Notes under the pieces: model-generated | What the model saw: only the letters and a program-made list of their open reading frames with translations | What the model was told of the DNA's origin: nothing | Databases searched by the model: none | In this document: piece by piece, positions 1 to 14,878 of the stretch | Layout: each line of letters starts with the position of its first letter | Numbering within the stretch: the stretch's first letter is position 1 | Position numbers and translations under genes: made by a program | Source of the DNA: Eledone cirrhosa | Taxonomy: Eukaryota | Length of the DNA: 64,000 nt | Reading direction: 5' to 3' | NCBI GenBank assembly: GCA_964016885.1 | Contig: OZ024753.1 | Coordinates: 23,126,001 to 23,190,000 of the forward strand

Positions 1-255
1 CTAAGGCACTCCACCTCGCTCGCAGACTACATCACATCACTAAAGGACTTAAACATTAGCTTCTCCACGCACTGGGAGATTGTCGACAGGGCTGCACCGT
101 ACAATTTCAAGAGGAAATGCGATCTTTGCCTCATGGAGCTCTACCACATCATAACTGCACCCCACGAGCTCATCAACAGCAGAGCTGAAACAGCGATAAG
201 TTGTACACATCGCTTAAAAATATCCTTCTTTAGATGGGTTAAGAATGAAGAGTGA
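1..255 (+). pseudogene. C-terminus of a Neptune-type PLE GIY-YIG endonuclease (continues off the window start)
   Basis: Frame 1 reads ...STSLADYITSLK...HWEIVDRAAPYNFKRKCDLCLMELYHII...LINSRAE...CTHR...*, with the same CDLCxxE and CxH motifs as the ORFs at 5506 and 29635. Confidence 0.8.
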
Positions 256-497
256 AATAGCACACTGGATCACCCTGCAACAAGTCTTAACACCCCGGCG
301 GGCAGGCGCAGCAAAATAACACCCAGAAAACAATCCTTGCATACCAAAAATTATCCGGGAAGGACTGCCCTAACAAAGTTACCTCCCTTGACCTGCTGCA
401 AAATCAAAACAAGATATTTTTGCGACCAATGAATCTTGATGTGGATTTAACCCCCAAAACTCTTTCCGAACTATATATGGAACACTTGTGATTGTTT

Positions 498-541
498 ATG
501 CCCTTGAGAAGCCCAACTGGGCGAAACGTACGTAGGTGATA
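498..541 (+). ncRNA. Minimal type I hammerhead ribozyme, U3-A8 core variant, in PLE 3' region
   Basis: ccc-TTGAGAA-gccc aact gggc-GAAA-cgtacg-TA-gg; palindromic stem III, weak stem I, AATAAA just downstream. Confidence 0.6.
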
Positions 542-593
542 TTTTAAATAAACATGTTTTAACGGTCTATTCTCCGATTTTTCACTTTCCCAC

Positions 594-985
<392 letters not shown>

Positions 986-989
986 TAAT

Positions 990-2030
990 TATAATGAAAT
1001 GACAGGAGGCTGGATTTGTGTAAATCCTTGAAAGGTTTATTATACTATGATCATTTCAATGACCGGGTTCCGTATGAATCCGGTGATATCATCAGGTATT
1101 CGAAATATAATACGTGAATGTAATAGATAAAATCCATGGGGTTTAAAATCGAGGACCCGAGGGCGACCGCTATTCTGCTCCTTCAACCTCAGCCGGTCGC
1201 CCTGGAGTGACGAGTCTAAAGTTTATAGTATGCTACTACTGGTCAAATAAACGAAAACAGAAAGGGATGGGAGCATAAGTTAACGTCGATCTCATGACAC
1301 AAGGTAAAAGAAAGAAAGAAAGGAAGGAGAGAGAAGAAGGGGGAAGAAAGAAGAAGAGAAGCCAGGGTTAATGTCAGCTAAAAGAAGAAAGGCAACTACT
1401 ACCGGTCAGATATAGGCAAGCAAGAGGGGAAGGAAGATAAGTCTGCGGGAGGAAGACAGGAAGAGGGGAGAAGAGAAGGAAGAGAAGAGAGAAGTATAAA
1501 GTAACGGTTGATGGCTACAAGAAGGAAGATAGAAAGAAAGAGGAAGAAAGGTCGATATTAATGTCAGACCACAGTCAAGCCAGGAGTGGCGCGAGAAAAT
1601 GTTCACAGGGACCCGCATCTTAGCAGAGGTGAATATATTGGGAGTCAGTGTGTTACAGTGTTTAGACTTCTAGGATGAAGTTAAAAAAATTAATAATCAA
1701 TATTCAATATTAAAGAGGTTAGAAAATTTAAAGTTCAACAGTTTAACATTTTATTATATAATAGTTCCGATTTGTTCTGTAATTTAAGGGTACTATGTGG
1801 CGGTTAAAACACCGGCCGCGCCCCGGGCCCCATGGCGAATTAAGCTACGCCGAGTATTTTCATTTACTGAAAGAAGGGGAAATTTATTTTTCCAAGCACT
1901 CCAGGTGAGCTCGTTCACCACATAGTACCCTTAAATTACAGAACAAATCGGAACTATTATATAATAAAATGTTAAACTGTTGAACTTTAAATTTTCTAAC
2001 CTCTTTAATATTGAATATTGATTATTAATT
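990..2030 (-). mobile_element. ORF-less PLE-type fragment with HHR and inverted 5' segment
   Basis: HHR at 1042-1099; 1686-1800 is the reverse complement of 1918-2030; abuts the broken 3' end of a CR1-like LINE. Confidence 0.6.
1042..1099 (-). ncRNA. Type I hammerhead ribozyme
   Basis: Minus strand: atac-CTGATGA-tatcaccgg...ccggtcatt-GAAA-tgatca-TA-gtat, then aataaa. Confidence 0.8.
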
Positions 2031-3737
2031 TGAGGGCCCTTGAATCCCAGGCTATTGCAATACCTGCTCCTTATTCTAGATGTGGAAGACGGGACCTTTG
2101 GCACCACACAGTGACGTCCTGTTCGACGGTTGGTCCAGCTCCCAATACCAAAGTTTGGTGCTAGTCCCTCCAGGATTTTCCACATGTAGATCACTGCGTA
2201 TCTCTCCCGTCTTCGCTCCAAGGAGTAGAGGTTCAGTTCCTTTAGCCTCTCCCAGTAGCTTGTCTCCCTCATCTTGGCAATCCTCTTGGTGTAGCTTCGC
2301 TGGATTGCCTCAAGCTCCGTGGTTAGTTTGACACTATGGGGTGACCACAACTGGGAGCAGTATTCCAGGCGGCTTAGGACAAAAGTCCTCTACAGTGTCA
2401 AGATGGTGTCTCGATCTCTTGTCCGGAAAGTCCTCAAGATCCAGCCAGCGAGTCGTCTGCATGTTGTCGCCACTTTCATGATGTCTGAAGAAAAATATGC
2501 ATCATCGCTCATGTCTATGCCCAGGTCTCGTATCGATTTTGACATGGGGATATCGGTCCCTCCTGGTCCTGTGTAGCTGTGTTCCACTATATTTGTGTTT
2601 GCAGGTTTGTATTGTAGGGCTTGGAATTTGCCAGCATTAAACTGCATGTTGTTTTCTTCCGCCCATCTGTATATGGCATCCAGATCCTGCTGTAAAAGGG
2701 CAGCGTCAGCCGGGTTTTTGATTGCCTGTGCTACCTTAGTGTCATCAGCATAGCTAGTGAGGGATGTTGTTGCATGCACCACAGAGGGCATGTCCGAAAG
2801 AGCCACCAAAAACAGTAGTGGTCCCAGGACTGTCCCCTGGGGCACCCCACTTATTATCGGTGTTTCCCTCGAGAGGGCCCTATTTGCTGCGACTGCCTGG
2901 CTTCTGTCCCCTAGGAAGCCATGCAGCCACTCACCTACTTTTCCAGTTATGCCGAGTCCGTGTAGTTTGTGACATATCATTCCGTGGTCGACCTTGTCAA
3001 AGGCCTTCGCAAAGTCAAGATATATCACGTCCACATGTGAGCTGTCTAGTAGTTGTCTCAGTACCCAGTCGTAGTGATGTAGCAGCTGTGTAAGGCAGCT
3101 TCTTCCTGGGCGGAAGCCATGTTGCGTGCTAGCCGGCGGTCATTTTTTCGAGGAAAGTGATTAGTTTCTTTCTGACGACTCGCTCCATGACCTTACTGAT
3201 ATGCGACGTCAGGGAGACTGGCCTATAGTTCTTGGCCTCCGCTCTACTACCTCCTTTATGGATAGGGCATATTGTGCCTTCTTTCAGCTCCCTGGGTAGT
3301 ACACCGCTAGCCAAGGAGCTTCTGAAGAGCATCTTCAGTGGAGTTGCTAAGGCCCGCTTACATATTTTTAGGAGAACAGCTGGGAATCCATCAGGTCCAG
3401 CAGCCGAGTCTGTTCTAATTTCATCAATGGCGTACACCACATCCTCCTCCGTTATGTCTATGTGGTTGATGGTTGCCATTTCTTGATGTAGTGTTGTGGC
3501 ATCAAGGAACTCCTCTGGCTTCGTTATTTGCATGTGCCTCAGTGGACATGTGAACACACTTTTGTACTGTTCGTTTAGTATTTCACATATCTCTTGGGGA
3601 TTTTCGGTTAATGAACCATCCGTGTGGAAGAGTGGCCCAATCTTGCAGTGTACTGAGGCAGTTTCTTTTGCAAATTTAAAGAAGGCCTTAGGGTTTGTTT
3701 TAATGTTTTCTATGGCCCTGTTCTCTTTCTTTGCCCT
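2031..3737 (-). mobile_element. Truncated CR1-group LINE, reverse transcriptase pseudogene
   Basis: [52 protein letters not shown]; ORF broken by stops at ~3129 and ~2390; both ends truncated. Confidence 0.9.
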
Positions 3738-4000
<263 letters not shown>

Positions 4001-4046
4001 TTATAATATTAAATAAATGGAAACTATATTTATAAAACCATATTTA

Positions 4047-4108
4047 TTTCATTATATATATTTCAGGGATATCATATTAACAATATGCTATGCCTTCCTC
4101 AGACAAAA
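4047..4108 (-). ncRNA. Type I hammerhead ribozyme
   Basis: Reverse complement of the 6842-6903 motif. Confidence 0.75.
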
Positions 4109-5505
4109 TACAATATAAACAGTTTTATAGATAAATAGATTCGACATACCGTAACAACATCGACTTGTATTTGAAAAGGTTGATTTGGTAGTGAACAAAT
4201 TGTACACAGAGAGAAAGAAAGAGAGAAAAAAGGAAAGAAAGACAGAAAACGAAGAAAAAGAAGAAAAAGAAGAAATGCATGGAACAAAATAGAGAGATGG
4301 AAAGATAGATAAAGAGAAGAACTTCATGTAAAGAAACAGAAAGAGATATATATATATAGAGAGAGAGGAAATAGAGATAGATACATATATATAGAAAACT
4401 AGGTAGTGGGACGTCTGTTGAGTAAACGTATCAATAATACATTTATTAATTTATTTATTTATTTAGCTCTAGTAATTTAATGTAAGGGAGATATATGGAA
4501 AGAAACCAGCTGTTATATAGAGAGAGAAAAAATATATAGAGAGAGAAAAAATATAGAGAGAGAAAAAATATAGAGAGAGAAAAAATTTAAAAATATCCAG
4601 ACATAGGCGAGGCGTAAAAACCCTATGTTTTAATGTAGAGGTATTAGTATTTATAAAACCAGCCACTATATTGTAAATATCAGTATTCCTGAATGAGACA
4701 TGTAACCATAATGTGTGAAAATTAATGATCTTATGTTTAGTTTTTTAAAAAAAATTCATATGTTTATGTGATAACTACAAACATCTATGTGAATCTACAT
4801 GATCAACTCTGCAAACCCTAGGTTCACGGAAAACATTCTCAATGTGGTATAAAAATTTAAGTATACAAATATGTGTATATATATACACACAAATATAAAT
4901 ATAGAGTCAATATTAGTATTCCTGTCTTTACTCTACAAGATTATCTATCAAGCAGAAATAGAGAGCAGATTTCATTATACTAATAAAAATATATATCAGA
5001 AACAAAACTAAAAAATAACAATAATAATAATAAGTAATAATAAAATAGAAAACTAAAAAATATTACGAAAGAATATTACATATTAAAAATATTACATATT
5101 AAAAAATTTACATATTAAAAATATTAAAAATAAAAATATTAGAAAATACTACAATAATAAAAATAAAAATAAACCACAAAGATCAACCCTTCAAAATTAA
5201 TTGACAATATATTGCCAAGTTCATTATAAGCATCAGAGTCGAAAAACAGATAAAGCCAAACATTATCTATCAAATCGCATCTAGCAAAGATCATTTCAAA
5301 AAGTTTAGGATGCCCAATTTGGTTTTACATGTGTTCTTATATTTAATATAGAAGTTTATCTAGTGTAACGTTTATTCGAAATATTTGGAGCATCAACTTT
5401 TAGGGTAGCTTAATTTTTCATGAAGAATGTTTAAATAAAATAAAAAGAAGGAATCAAAGATTTATCGGCTAGTTTCCCATATAATTATAATTCAAACTAA
5501 ATATA

Positions 5506-6165
5506 CTACATTTTAAATTTAAATTTATATTTAAACGTTGAGTTTAATCTATGTTTGCAACAACTGAATAAATTTGTCCGTAGATTAAGGGAATTTTTAG
5601 ATTTTAGTATAAAGTCCTCTGCGCAGAGGTCACATGTCTCAGAGGATGAATTAAAAGGAATCCCTCTTGAGACTATATTCCAAGCCGTCGAATATCTAAC
5701 GTTATCTGGCTTAAGTTGCCAGAGTACGCCTGATAGTGCCGTTGAAGATTTTTTGTTTGGATCTGTGAAAGAATTCTTGTGGTTATTATAGCGAAGTTTA
5801 AATTCCGTCGATGTGGAACCGACGTAGTTAAAAGAATTAGAGTCAGTATTAACATTACAATTGTATACTATATTTTTAACTAAGCAGTTGTTATTTAACG
5901 GACATTTAGATCTATCTCTACAGTTACATTTGTTAACTTGTATATTATTTATGCTATTATCAGGTTTTAAGTTCCTATTATTTATTCTATTAATATTTTG
6001 TGCTAAATTTTTGGTGGATGAGTAGGTTAATTTTATTGTATGTCTATTGAAAATTGAGTGATACCTATGTGTTCTAGGGAAGCGATTATCAAGAGCTTTA
6101 AAAAATAGTTTAGCGATGTGGGTTTTAATGTTTAGTGCGAAAGGGGGGGGGGGGGGGCAAACCAA
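5506..6165 (-). pseudogene. PLE RT-thumb end, Cys linker and GIY-YIG endonuclease
   Basis: CNCRDRSKCPLNNNC, NIVYNC...YVGST...FKLRYNNH, CDLCAE. Confidence 0.85.
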
Positions 6166-6841
6166 ATTATGTTCCTAGTTATATTTCTTTTTTGGCCTTT
6201 GGAATTATTGTAATGCTTTCTATTATAGTTGTTAAGGTTGTTGCCGTAATTAAAAAGTTGTCATGAATACTGATATTTACAATATAGTGGCTGGTTTTAT
6301 AAATACTAATACCTCTACATTAAAACATAGGGTTTTTACGCCTCGCCTATGTCTGGATATTTTTTAATTTTTTCTCTCTCTATATTTTTTCTCTCTCTAT
6401 ATTTTTTCTCTCTCTATATATTTTTTCTCTCTCTATATAACAGCTGGTTTCTCTCCATATATCTCCCTTACATTAATACTAGAGCTAAATAAATAAATAA
6501 ATAAATAAATGTATTATTGATACGTTTACTCAACAGACGTCCCACTACCTAGTTTTCTATATATATGTATCTATCTCTATTTCCTCTCTCTCTATATATA
6601 TATATCTCTTTCTGTTTCTTTACATGAAGTTCTTCTCTTTATCTATCTTTCCATCTCTCTATTTTGTTCCATGCATTTCTTCTTTTTCTTCTTTTTCTTC
6701 GTTTTCTGTCTTCTTTCCTTTTTTCTCTCTTTCTTTCTCTCTGTGTACAATTTTTTCACTACCAAATCAACCTTTTCAAATACAAGTCGATGTTGTTACG
6801 GTATGTCGAATCTATTTATCTATAAAACTGTTTATATTGTA

Positions 6842-6903
6842 TTTTGTCTGAGGAAGGCATAGCATATTGTTAATATGATATCCCTGAAATATATATAATG
6901 AAA
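6842..6903 (+). ncRNA. Type I hammerhead ribozyme
   Basis: ttttgt-CTGAGGA-agg...cct-GAAA-tatata-TA-atgaaa, overlapping AATAAA. Confidence 0.75.
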
Positions 6904-7034
6904 TAAATATGGTTTTATAAATATAGTTTCCATTTATTTAATATTATAAATATACTCCAAATATTTGTCGAGTGCTTTTATATCAGTTATAAATATTTAC
7001 TAGTTGTAACCCAACAATTTAAATATAACTTTCC

Positions 7035-7044
7035 ATATATATAT

Positions 7045-7127
<83 letters not shown>

Positions 7128-7165
7128 TATATATATAAATATATATATATAAATATATATATATA

Positions 7166-7229
<64 letters not shown>

Positions 7230-7260
7230 AATATTATATATATATATATATATATAATAT

Positions 7261-7321
<61 letters not shown>

Positions 7322-7388
7322 TATATATATAAATATATATATATAAATATATATATATAAATATATATATATAAATATATATATATAA

Positions 7389-7463
<75 letters not shown>

Positions 7464-7496
7464 TATATATATATAAATAAATATATATATATATAA

Positions 7497-7555
<59 letters not shown>

Positions 7556-7708
7556 TATATATGTTTCTTTTATTTGCCACTAGGGCATCAAAAGTGGGAC
7601 AAGTACAAAGGGGGGAGTTTACATAAAAAGGCGTCCTCAATAAGGAGGTGGCAATAACAAAATATAAAAATAAAATAAGATATAACAAAAAATAAAATTT
7701 ATATAAAT

Positions 7709-7771
<63 letters not shown>

Positions 7772-7806
7772 TATATATATATATATATAAATATATATAT
7801 AAATAT

Positions 7807-7871
<65 letters not shown>

Positions 7872-7919
7872 AAATATATATATATATAAAAATATATATA
7901 TATATAAATAAATATATAT

Positions 7920-7972
<53 letters not shown>

Positions 7973-7988
7973 TGTATATATATAAATA

Positions 7989-8020
<32 letters not shown>

Positions 8021-8021
8021 A

Positions 8022-8075
<54 letters not shown>

Positions 8076-8082
8076 AATATAT

Positions 8083-8113
<31 letters not shown>

Positions 8114-8143
8114 AATATATATATATATAAATATATATATATA
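7035..8143. repeat. (TA)n microsatellite with a ~140 bp unique island at 7561-7700
   Basis: Seen directly. Confidence 0.9.
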
Positions 8144-8215
8144 CATTATGAAGAGAGAAGAAACATTTAGATATAATTTGTAATAAAATGTATCATACCT
8201 AAACTGTTCCTAAAT

Positions 8216-8303
8216 TCCTCGACTACGTAGTTTCGTGGCATAAACAAAAACAATATATCAAAGATATAGAGTTCTTGCGAGGTCTGCCGACTTATCAAGA
8301 GGA
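8216..8303 (-). ncRNA. Type I hammerhead ribozyme, U3-A8 variant (inverted copy)
   Basis: Reverse complement of 8933-9020. Confidence 0.75.
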
Positions 8304-8932
8304 TACCTCATTTTACTAGTCTCAAGAACGCGTCTACACGACGTGAGAAAGAATCCCAAAAGGCGGAGGGGGAGATAGTCACGCGATATAACGGTCGAGA
8401 ACAGAGCTAAGCCTCTTATAACCACGAAGAAAATACCACAGTTTAGGTATGATACATTTTATTACTAATTATATCTAAATGTTTCTTCTCTCTTCATAAT
8501 GTATTTTTAACTCTGATACTGGTTCAGTCTGGTTCAAACTGAATTGGTCTGTCCCAGTCATTCATTGAGCAACATCGGTGAAGTTGGCACCCTTAACTCA
8601 CAGTTGGGTGCGGATGCATTCATGTATATATGTGTGTGTCCGCATGTATCTGTGTGTTTCTTAATATATTAATAACTCCCTCTGGTCGAGCAATCTTTGA
8701 AGTGTGGGGACAACTGGAAAGCTTCCATTACTCATACTTCTCGCCTTCTTCACTACCTCTTCTACGGCCTCGATATGAATACCCCCTCCGCCTCCGTGGT
8801 ATTTTCTTCGTGGTTATAAGAGGCTTAGCTCTGTTTCTCGACCGTTATATCGCGTGACTATCTCCCCCTCCGCCTTTTGGGATTCTTTCTCACGTCGTGT
8901 AGACGCGTTCTTGAGACTAGTAAAATGAGGTA

Positions 8933-9020
8933 TCCTCTTGATAAGTCGGCAGACCTCGCAAGAACTCTATATCTTTGATATATTGTTTTTGTTTATGCCA
9001 CGAAACTACGTAGTCGAGGA
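8933..9020 (+). ncRNA. Type I hammerhead ribozyme, U3-A8 variant
   Basis: tcctc-TTGATAA-gtcggca...tgccac-GAAA-ctacgtag-TC-gagga; perfect 5 bp stem I, GUC triplet. Confidence 0.8.
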
Positions 9021-9260
9021 ATTTAGGAACAGTTTAGGTATGATACATTTTATTACTAATTATATCTAAATGTTTCTTCTCTCTTCATAATGTATTTTTA
9101 ACTCTGATACTGGTTCAGTCTGGTTCAAACTGAATTGGTCTGTCCTAGTCATTCATTGAGCAACATCGGTGAAGTTGGCACCCTTAACTCACAGTTGGGT
9201 GCGGATGCATTCATGTATATATGTGTGTGTCCGCATGTATCTGTGTGTTTCTTAATATAT

Positions 9261-9289
<29 letters not shown>

Positions 9290-9297
<8 letters not shown>

Positions 9298-9961
9298 GAG
9301 AGGTATAGAGATTGTTTTAGCAAGAAGCTAACGGCATTCTATAACATATATGCGACTATAACGTCAAGATGGGAAAAGTAGTTAACGAAAGATTTAGGAA
9401 AAATAACTCAAACTCATCTCAAAAGAGAATCAGGATATAAATTCATCCACAGAATTTAGTAAAATCCAGGGAAAATCTATAGATCTTTAACTCATGATAA
9501 AATAAAGTTTGAAACACTTATCCTTCAATTTGGAATAACATCAAATGCTCTGTATAGTCTTAAAAGACTATTTCATGAAAACTTTCAGTGGAGATGGTCA
9601 CGGTTGGAATTTCAATCATCAGCAGAGCTCAACAGAAAACCAGGGCTCTCACAGTAATATAATCCGAAAAAGGGAATTCTAAAACTGGCTAGTTCGCCTT
9701 CATGTGTATTTATGAAAAAGCACATGAGGAAAAAACGGGGCTAGTGACGTCAGGATGGAAGTGAATGTTTATTTACAAGAAATAGCAGTCAAATACATTC
9801 TGAAAAAAAAAACTCTACAAAGGAGTTCAGCAAAATAGCAATAATTATCACAGTTTTTATGAAAAAAACGGGATTAGTCACAGATAGTTTAAGCACTCAA
9901 GGAAAAGAATCCAAGTATAAATATAAATGAGAGGTATAGAGATTGTTTTAGCAAGAAGCTA
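9290..9961 (-). mobile_element. ORF-less 631 nt HHR monomer with ~40 nt terminal redundancy
   Basis: aaatgagaggtatagagattgttttagcaagaagct at both ends; central HHR; (TA)n on both sides. Confidence 0.7.
9547..9628 (-). ncRNA. Type I hammerhead ribozyme
   Basis: gctctg-CTGATGA-ttgaaa...tttcat-GAAA-tagtctt tt aagacta-TA-cagagc. Confidence 0.85.
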
Positions 9962-11030
<1,069 letters not shown>

Positions 11031-11175
11031 TTTGAGTTTATGTTGGTTTTATACTAACACCTCAGTATGCAGTCTGGAGCACTCGACGAAGTGCGCAGGT
11101 TGGTTTGGTTACTCCGGAGTATTGTAAAATGAAGTTAAATAAAATTCAAATGATTAAAATTTAGCTACGTTTATT

Positions 11176-11230
11176 ACTGCTATATATATTTCAGTGACAG
11201 CCATCTTTGGCTGTGACCTCTTCAGGCAGT
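11176..11230 (-). ncRNA. Type I hammerhead ribozyme in a ~310 bp PLE-type fragment (11031-11345)
   Basis: actgc-CTGAAGA-ggtcacagcca aaga tggctgtcact-GAAA-tatata-TA-gcagt, then aataaa. Confidence 0.85.
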
Positions 11231-11448
11231 TTGAATTAGTATGGTATAGACAAGTACATATGTTGTTTAGGTGTATAATATTGTCAATACTTTGATATGC
11301 CCAGTTCCTTGTTTGGTTGTGAATTCACTGAGGAACTGAAGTCATATCTATAAATATATATATATAAATATATATATATTAATATATATATATAAATATA
11401 TATATATTAATATATATATATAAATATATATATATAAATATTGATATT

Positions 11449-11479
<31 letters not shown>

Positions 11480-11482
11480 AGT

Positions 11483-11555
<73 letters not shown>

Positions 11556-11614
11556 ATATTTATATATAAATATATATTTATATATATATATATATTTATA
11601 TATAAATATATATT

Positions 11615-11645
<31 letters not shown>

Positions 11646-11743
11646 ATATTTATATATAACTTTGAATAACTTTGAAATGTTTTGGCCAGTATTGGCCCAG
11701 GCCATGTCTAACTTAATAGCACCACCTGGCGAAGTCTTTCAAT

Positions 11744-14700
11744 TCAGGATTTGGGCACCATGGCCCATTCGAAAAGAGAATTATTGTTTGCGGAGACATA
11801 TCCGGGTGTGGGTGGTTTGTCCGGGATTACTTGGAGGAATTTGTCCAAAGACTTCTTGAATTTTGTGTGGTCAGTTTCTGTTTTGACGTGTCCTGGTGTG
11901 ATGTTGAAGAGAGCAGGGCCGATTGAGGTGAAATAATTGTGCCGTATTGTTGTTATGAGTTGCGATTTAGATTTTTGAATGGGACGGATAGCACGGGGCC
12001 CAAGCCTTGGGTGTATCTTGAAGGCGATGCCAACATCATTTGGGCAGTGATGATGGAACATTTTCCACATCATGCAGATAATATAACGCTCACGGCGACG
12101 TTGGAGTGAGTAAAGTTTCAGGTTTTCCAATCGACCCCAGTAGTCAAGGTCTGACATGCCATCTATCTTTTTCCTGATTGCCCTTTGAGGAGCTTCAAGT
12201 TTCATGATACTTTGTTTCGTGGGGGGAGACCACAGTGGACAACAGTATTCAAGGTGTGGTCGGGCAAAAGTAGAGAAGAGAAGGATAATGGTGCGGGAAT
12301 CTCTCGACTGGAAGGTTCTGAGGATCCAGGAACACATTCTGCGGGCCATGTCAACTTTGCTGCTTATATGCGTGGTCCAGCTTATGTTGCTGTCCACGGT
12401 TACTCCCAAGTCTCTGATGTTGTTAGATGCCACGAGAGTTTCCCCGGAGGGAAGGGAGTACGGGAGTTTCAGAGCATCCTCTTTTCCAAAGTGGATCAGT
12501 TCGAATTTGTCTTCGTTCAGTAACATGTTGTTCTTTTCTGCCCATTGGGTAACAGCCAGTAGGTCTGACTGAAGGCTTATCCGGTCATCCACGCCATTGA
12601 TGACCTTTTGGAGCTTGGAATCATCAGCGAAAATTTTAATGTTGCTGTGTTTGATGATGTCAGTGATGCCATTAATATAGATGATGAAGAGAAGTGGGCC
12701 CAATACAGTGCCTTGTGGGACCCCACTACTGACTTTGGCTGGGCTTGATTTGACTCCCTCAACTACAACATGTTGGGTTCTGTTTGACAGGAAGCTCTTG
12801 ATCCACTGCAGCAGCTTTCCAGTGACACCAATATTGGACAGCTTTCTCAGTAGAATGTTATGATCAACCCTGTCAAAGGCCTTGCTGAAATCAAGGTAGA
12901 TAACATCAGTGTTGGAACCCTCTCCCAAGGCTCTCAAAATGTCATCAAAGTGATGCAGTAGCTGCGTCAGGCAATCCCTTCCATTACGGAATCCATGCTG
13001 GTTGGAGTTCAGCATATTGTTACTCTCAAGGAAGTGGGTCATTCGCGATCTCACCACTCTCTCAAATACCTTAATGATATGAGAGGTGAGTGAGATTGGA
13101 CGGTAATTCACGGCAAGGGATTTGTTTCCCTTTTTGAAAACTGGGACAACAGACTGGGATAGAAGGTTTTCTGGCACATATCCAGCATCCAGTGAGTTCC
13201 GCCACAGATTGGCAAGAGGAGATGCAAGTTGGTGTTGACACGCCTTCAAGACACAAGCAGGGAACCTATCGGGACCTACTGCTGAATTATGCTTGATTTC
13301 CTTTATTGCCGCCAAGACATCAGGGGCGCCAAACGTTATGTCCGATAAGGTGTAATGGGGAGTAACATCGCCGATACAGCCCAGATCGGCCATATCAGGA
13401 TTGCTGAAAACAGAGCAGTATTGTTTCTGCAGTATCTCACCCATGGTTTTAGCATTGTCTTGAAGAGTGCCATTTTCATCAATTAGAGGGCCAACAGGAG
13501 CCAGTGATTTTGTGTTTTTTTGCAAATGAAAAGAGCACTTTGGGATTGAGTTTGATCTTCTCAATGGCCCAGGCCTCTTCAGCTCTTCTCTGATTGTTGA
13601 TGAGGGACATTATGCTGTTTTGGAGGTTATGTTTTTTAATCTCTAGTGATGAAATGGCAGTCAAGTTGATGTGTTGCTGCTGACAGTATTTCAGCTTGTT
13701 GATTTTTTTGTTCGTTCTCTTAATTTTTCTGATGAGCGTTTTTCTATTTCTAGGGATTCTGCTCTTAGATTTGTTTATAGTTCTTAATGTGGTGTGTTTA
13801 GCACATATGTTTGTAACAGTGTCCACAAATGTCTGCCGGGACCTTTTGATGTTAGTGGGTGTATGAGTGTGCGTGAAGGACCAGTCGACATGTGCAAGAT
13901 CATGACTGATCGCTTCCCAGTTTGCATTGTGGAAATCCATAGCGTCAAACGGATGGACAGGAGAGATGACATTGGGTTTGTATATTGGACGGTGGAATCT
14001 CAGATCACAGAGAACCATGTCATGATCAGAGAGTAGAGTTTTCTCCACTGCAATATTGTGGATATTGTCAGTGTGATTGCTGAAAATTAAGTCTAGGACG
14101 TTTTTGTGGCACCTCGTTGGTTCGAGCACCAGTTGGGATAGGAAGAAATCATCCATGAAGTCAAGAAGCGATTCCACAGCTTCCCTGTCAGAGGTTGAGG
14201 CAGAAGAACCTGGTGGCAGGCTGTTTGTAGACCAGTCAACTCCGGGGAGGTTGAAGTCCCCCATCATTAAGATGTTGTCAGGGTGACACTCTTGGATGAA
14301 ACACTTTATGCTGTTGAGGCATTCCTTGAAGCATGGTACAGGCGTTTGGGGTGGCCTATAGAGCCCAACTACTAATAGGTTGTTGGTTTGACTGAATACA
14401 GTGACTGCTTCACAGTATCCATTAGTGAATATGTTCATAGCCTCTGTTGAGAAAGAATTATGGACATAAATGGCAGTTCCGCCCTTTCTTCTGCCAGCGC
14501 GATCAGCACGGATGGCTTTGAAATTTTTCACTTTCACCTCGGCTTCCAAGTGGAGGTTACTGAGATGGGTTTCAGTGAGGACGAAGAAAGGGATGTGGTT
14601 TGGATGGACATCAATCCAGTCCTCCAGGAATTTGATCTTCCATTTTTGAGTATTGGTGGAAGGGATGATGCCTTGGGCGTTGAGCAAAAATGTAGAGGCG

Positions 14701-14878
14701 AGAGTGGATGGTTTTAATTGTTTTGGTGTGTTGTTAATTTGTTTGTTTGTTAATGGCAGCAATGGGAGTTTGTGCAGTGGGGTGATAGTGGAGGGTGGTG
14801 CTGGGTGATAGCTCGAATGTTTTTTTCCAGTTCTTTTGCCAGATTCATTATGGCTAAAAAAGAGGAAGAAGTTTCCTG
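11744..14878 (-). CDS. LINE ORF2 (APE endonuclease + reverse transcriptase), one frameshift in an A7 run at 13515-13521
   Basis: LNAQG, LTETHL, GG.AIY, YRPP, MGDFNLP, LDLIF, SDH; [25 protein letters not shown]. No ATG before the endonuclease; frame is open from 14878. Confidence 0.85.

Larger units (their letters stand above)
8143..9263 (+). mobile_element. ORF-less HHR element: 1.4 tandem copies of a 591 nt monomer plus an inverted 5' segment
   Basis: 8439-8672 repeats at 9030-9263; 8143-8439 is the reverse complement of ~8796-9093. Confidence 0.75.
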
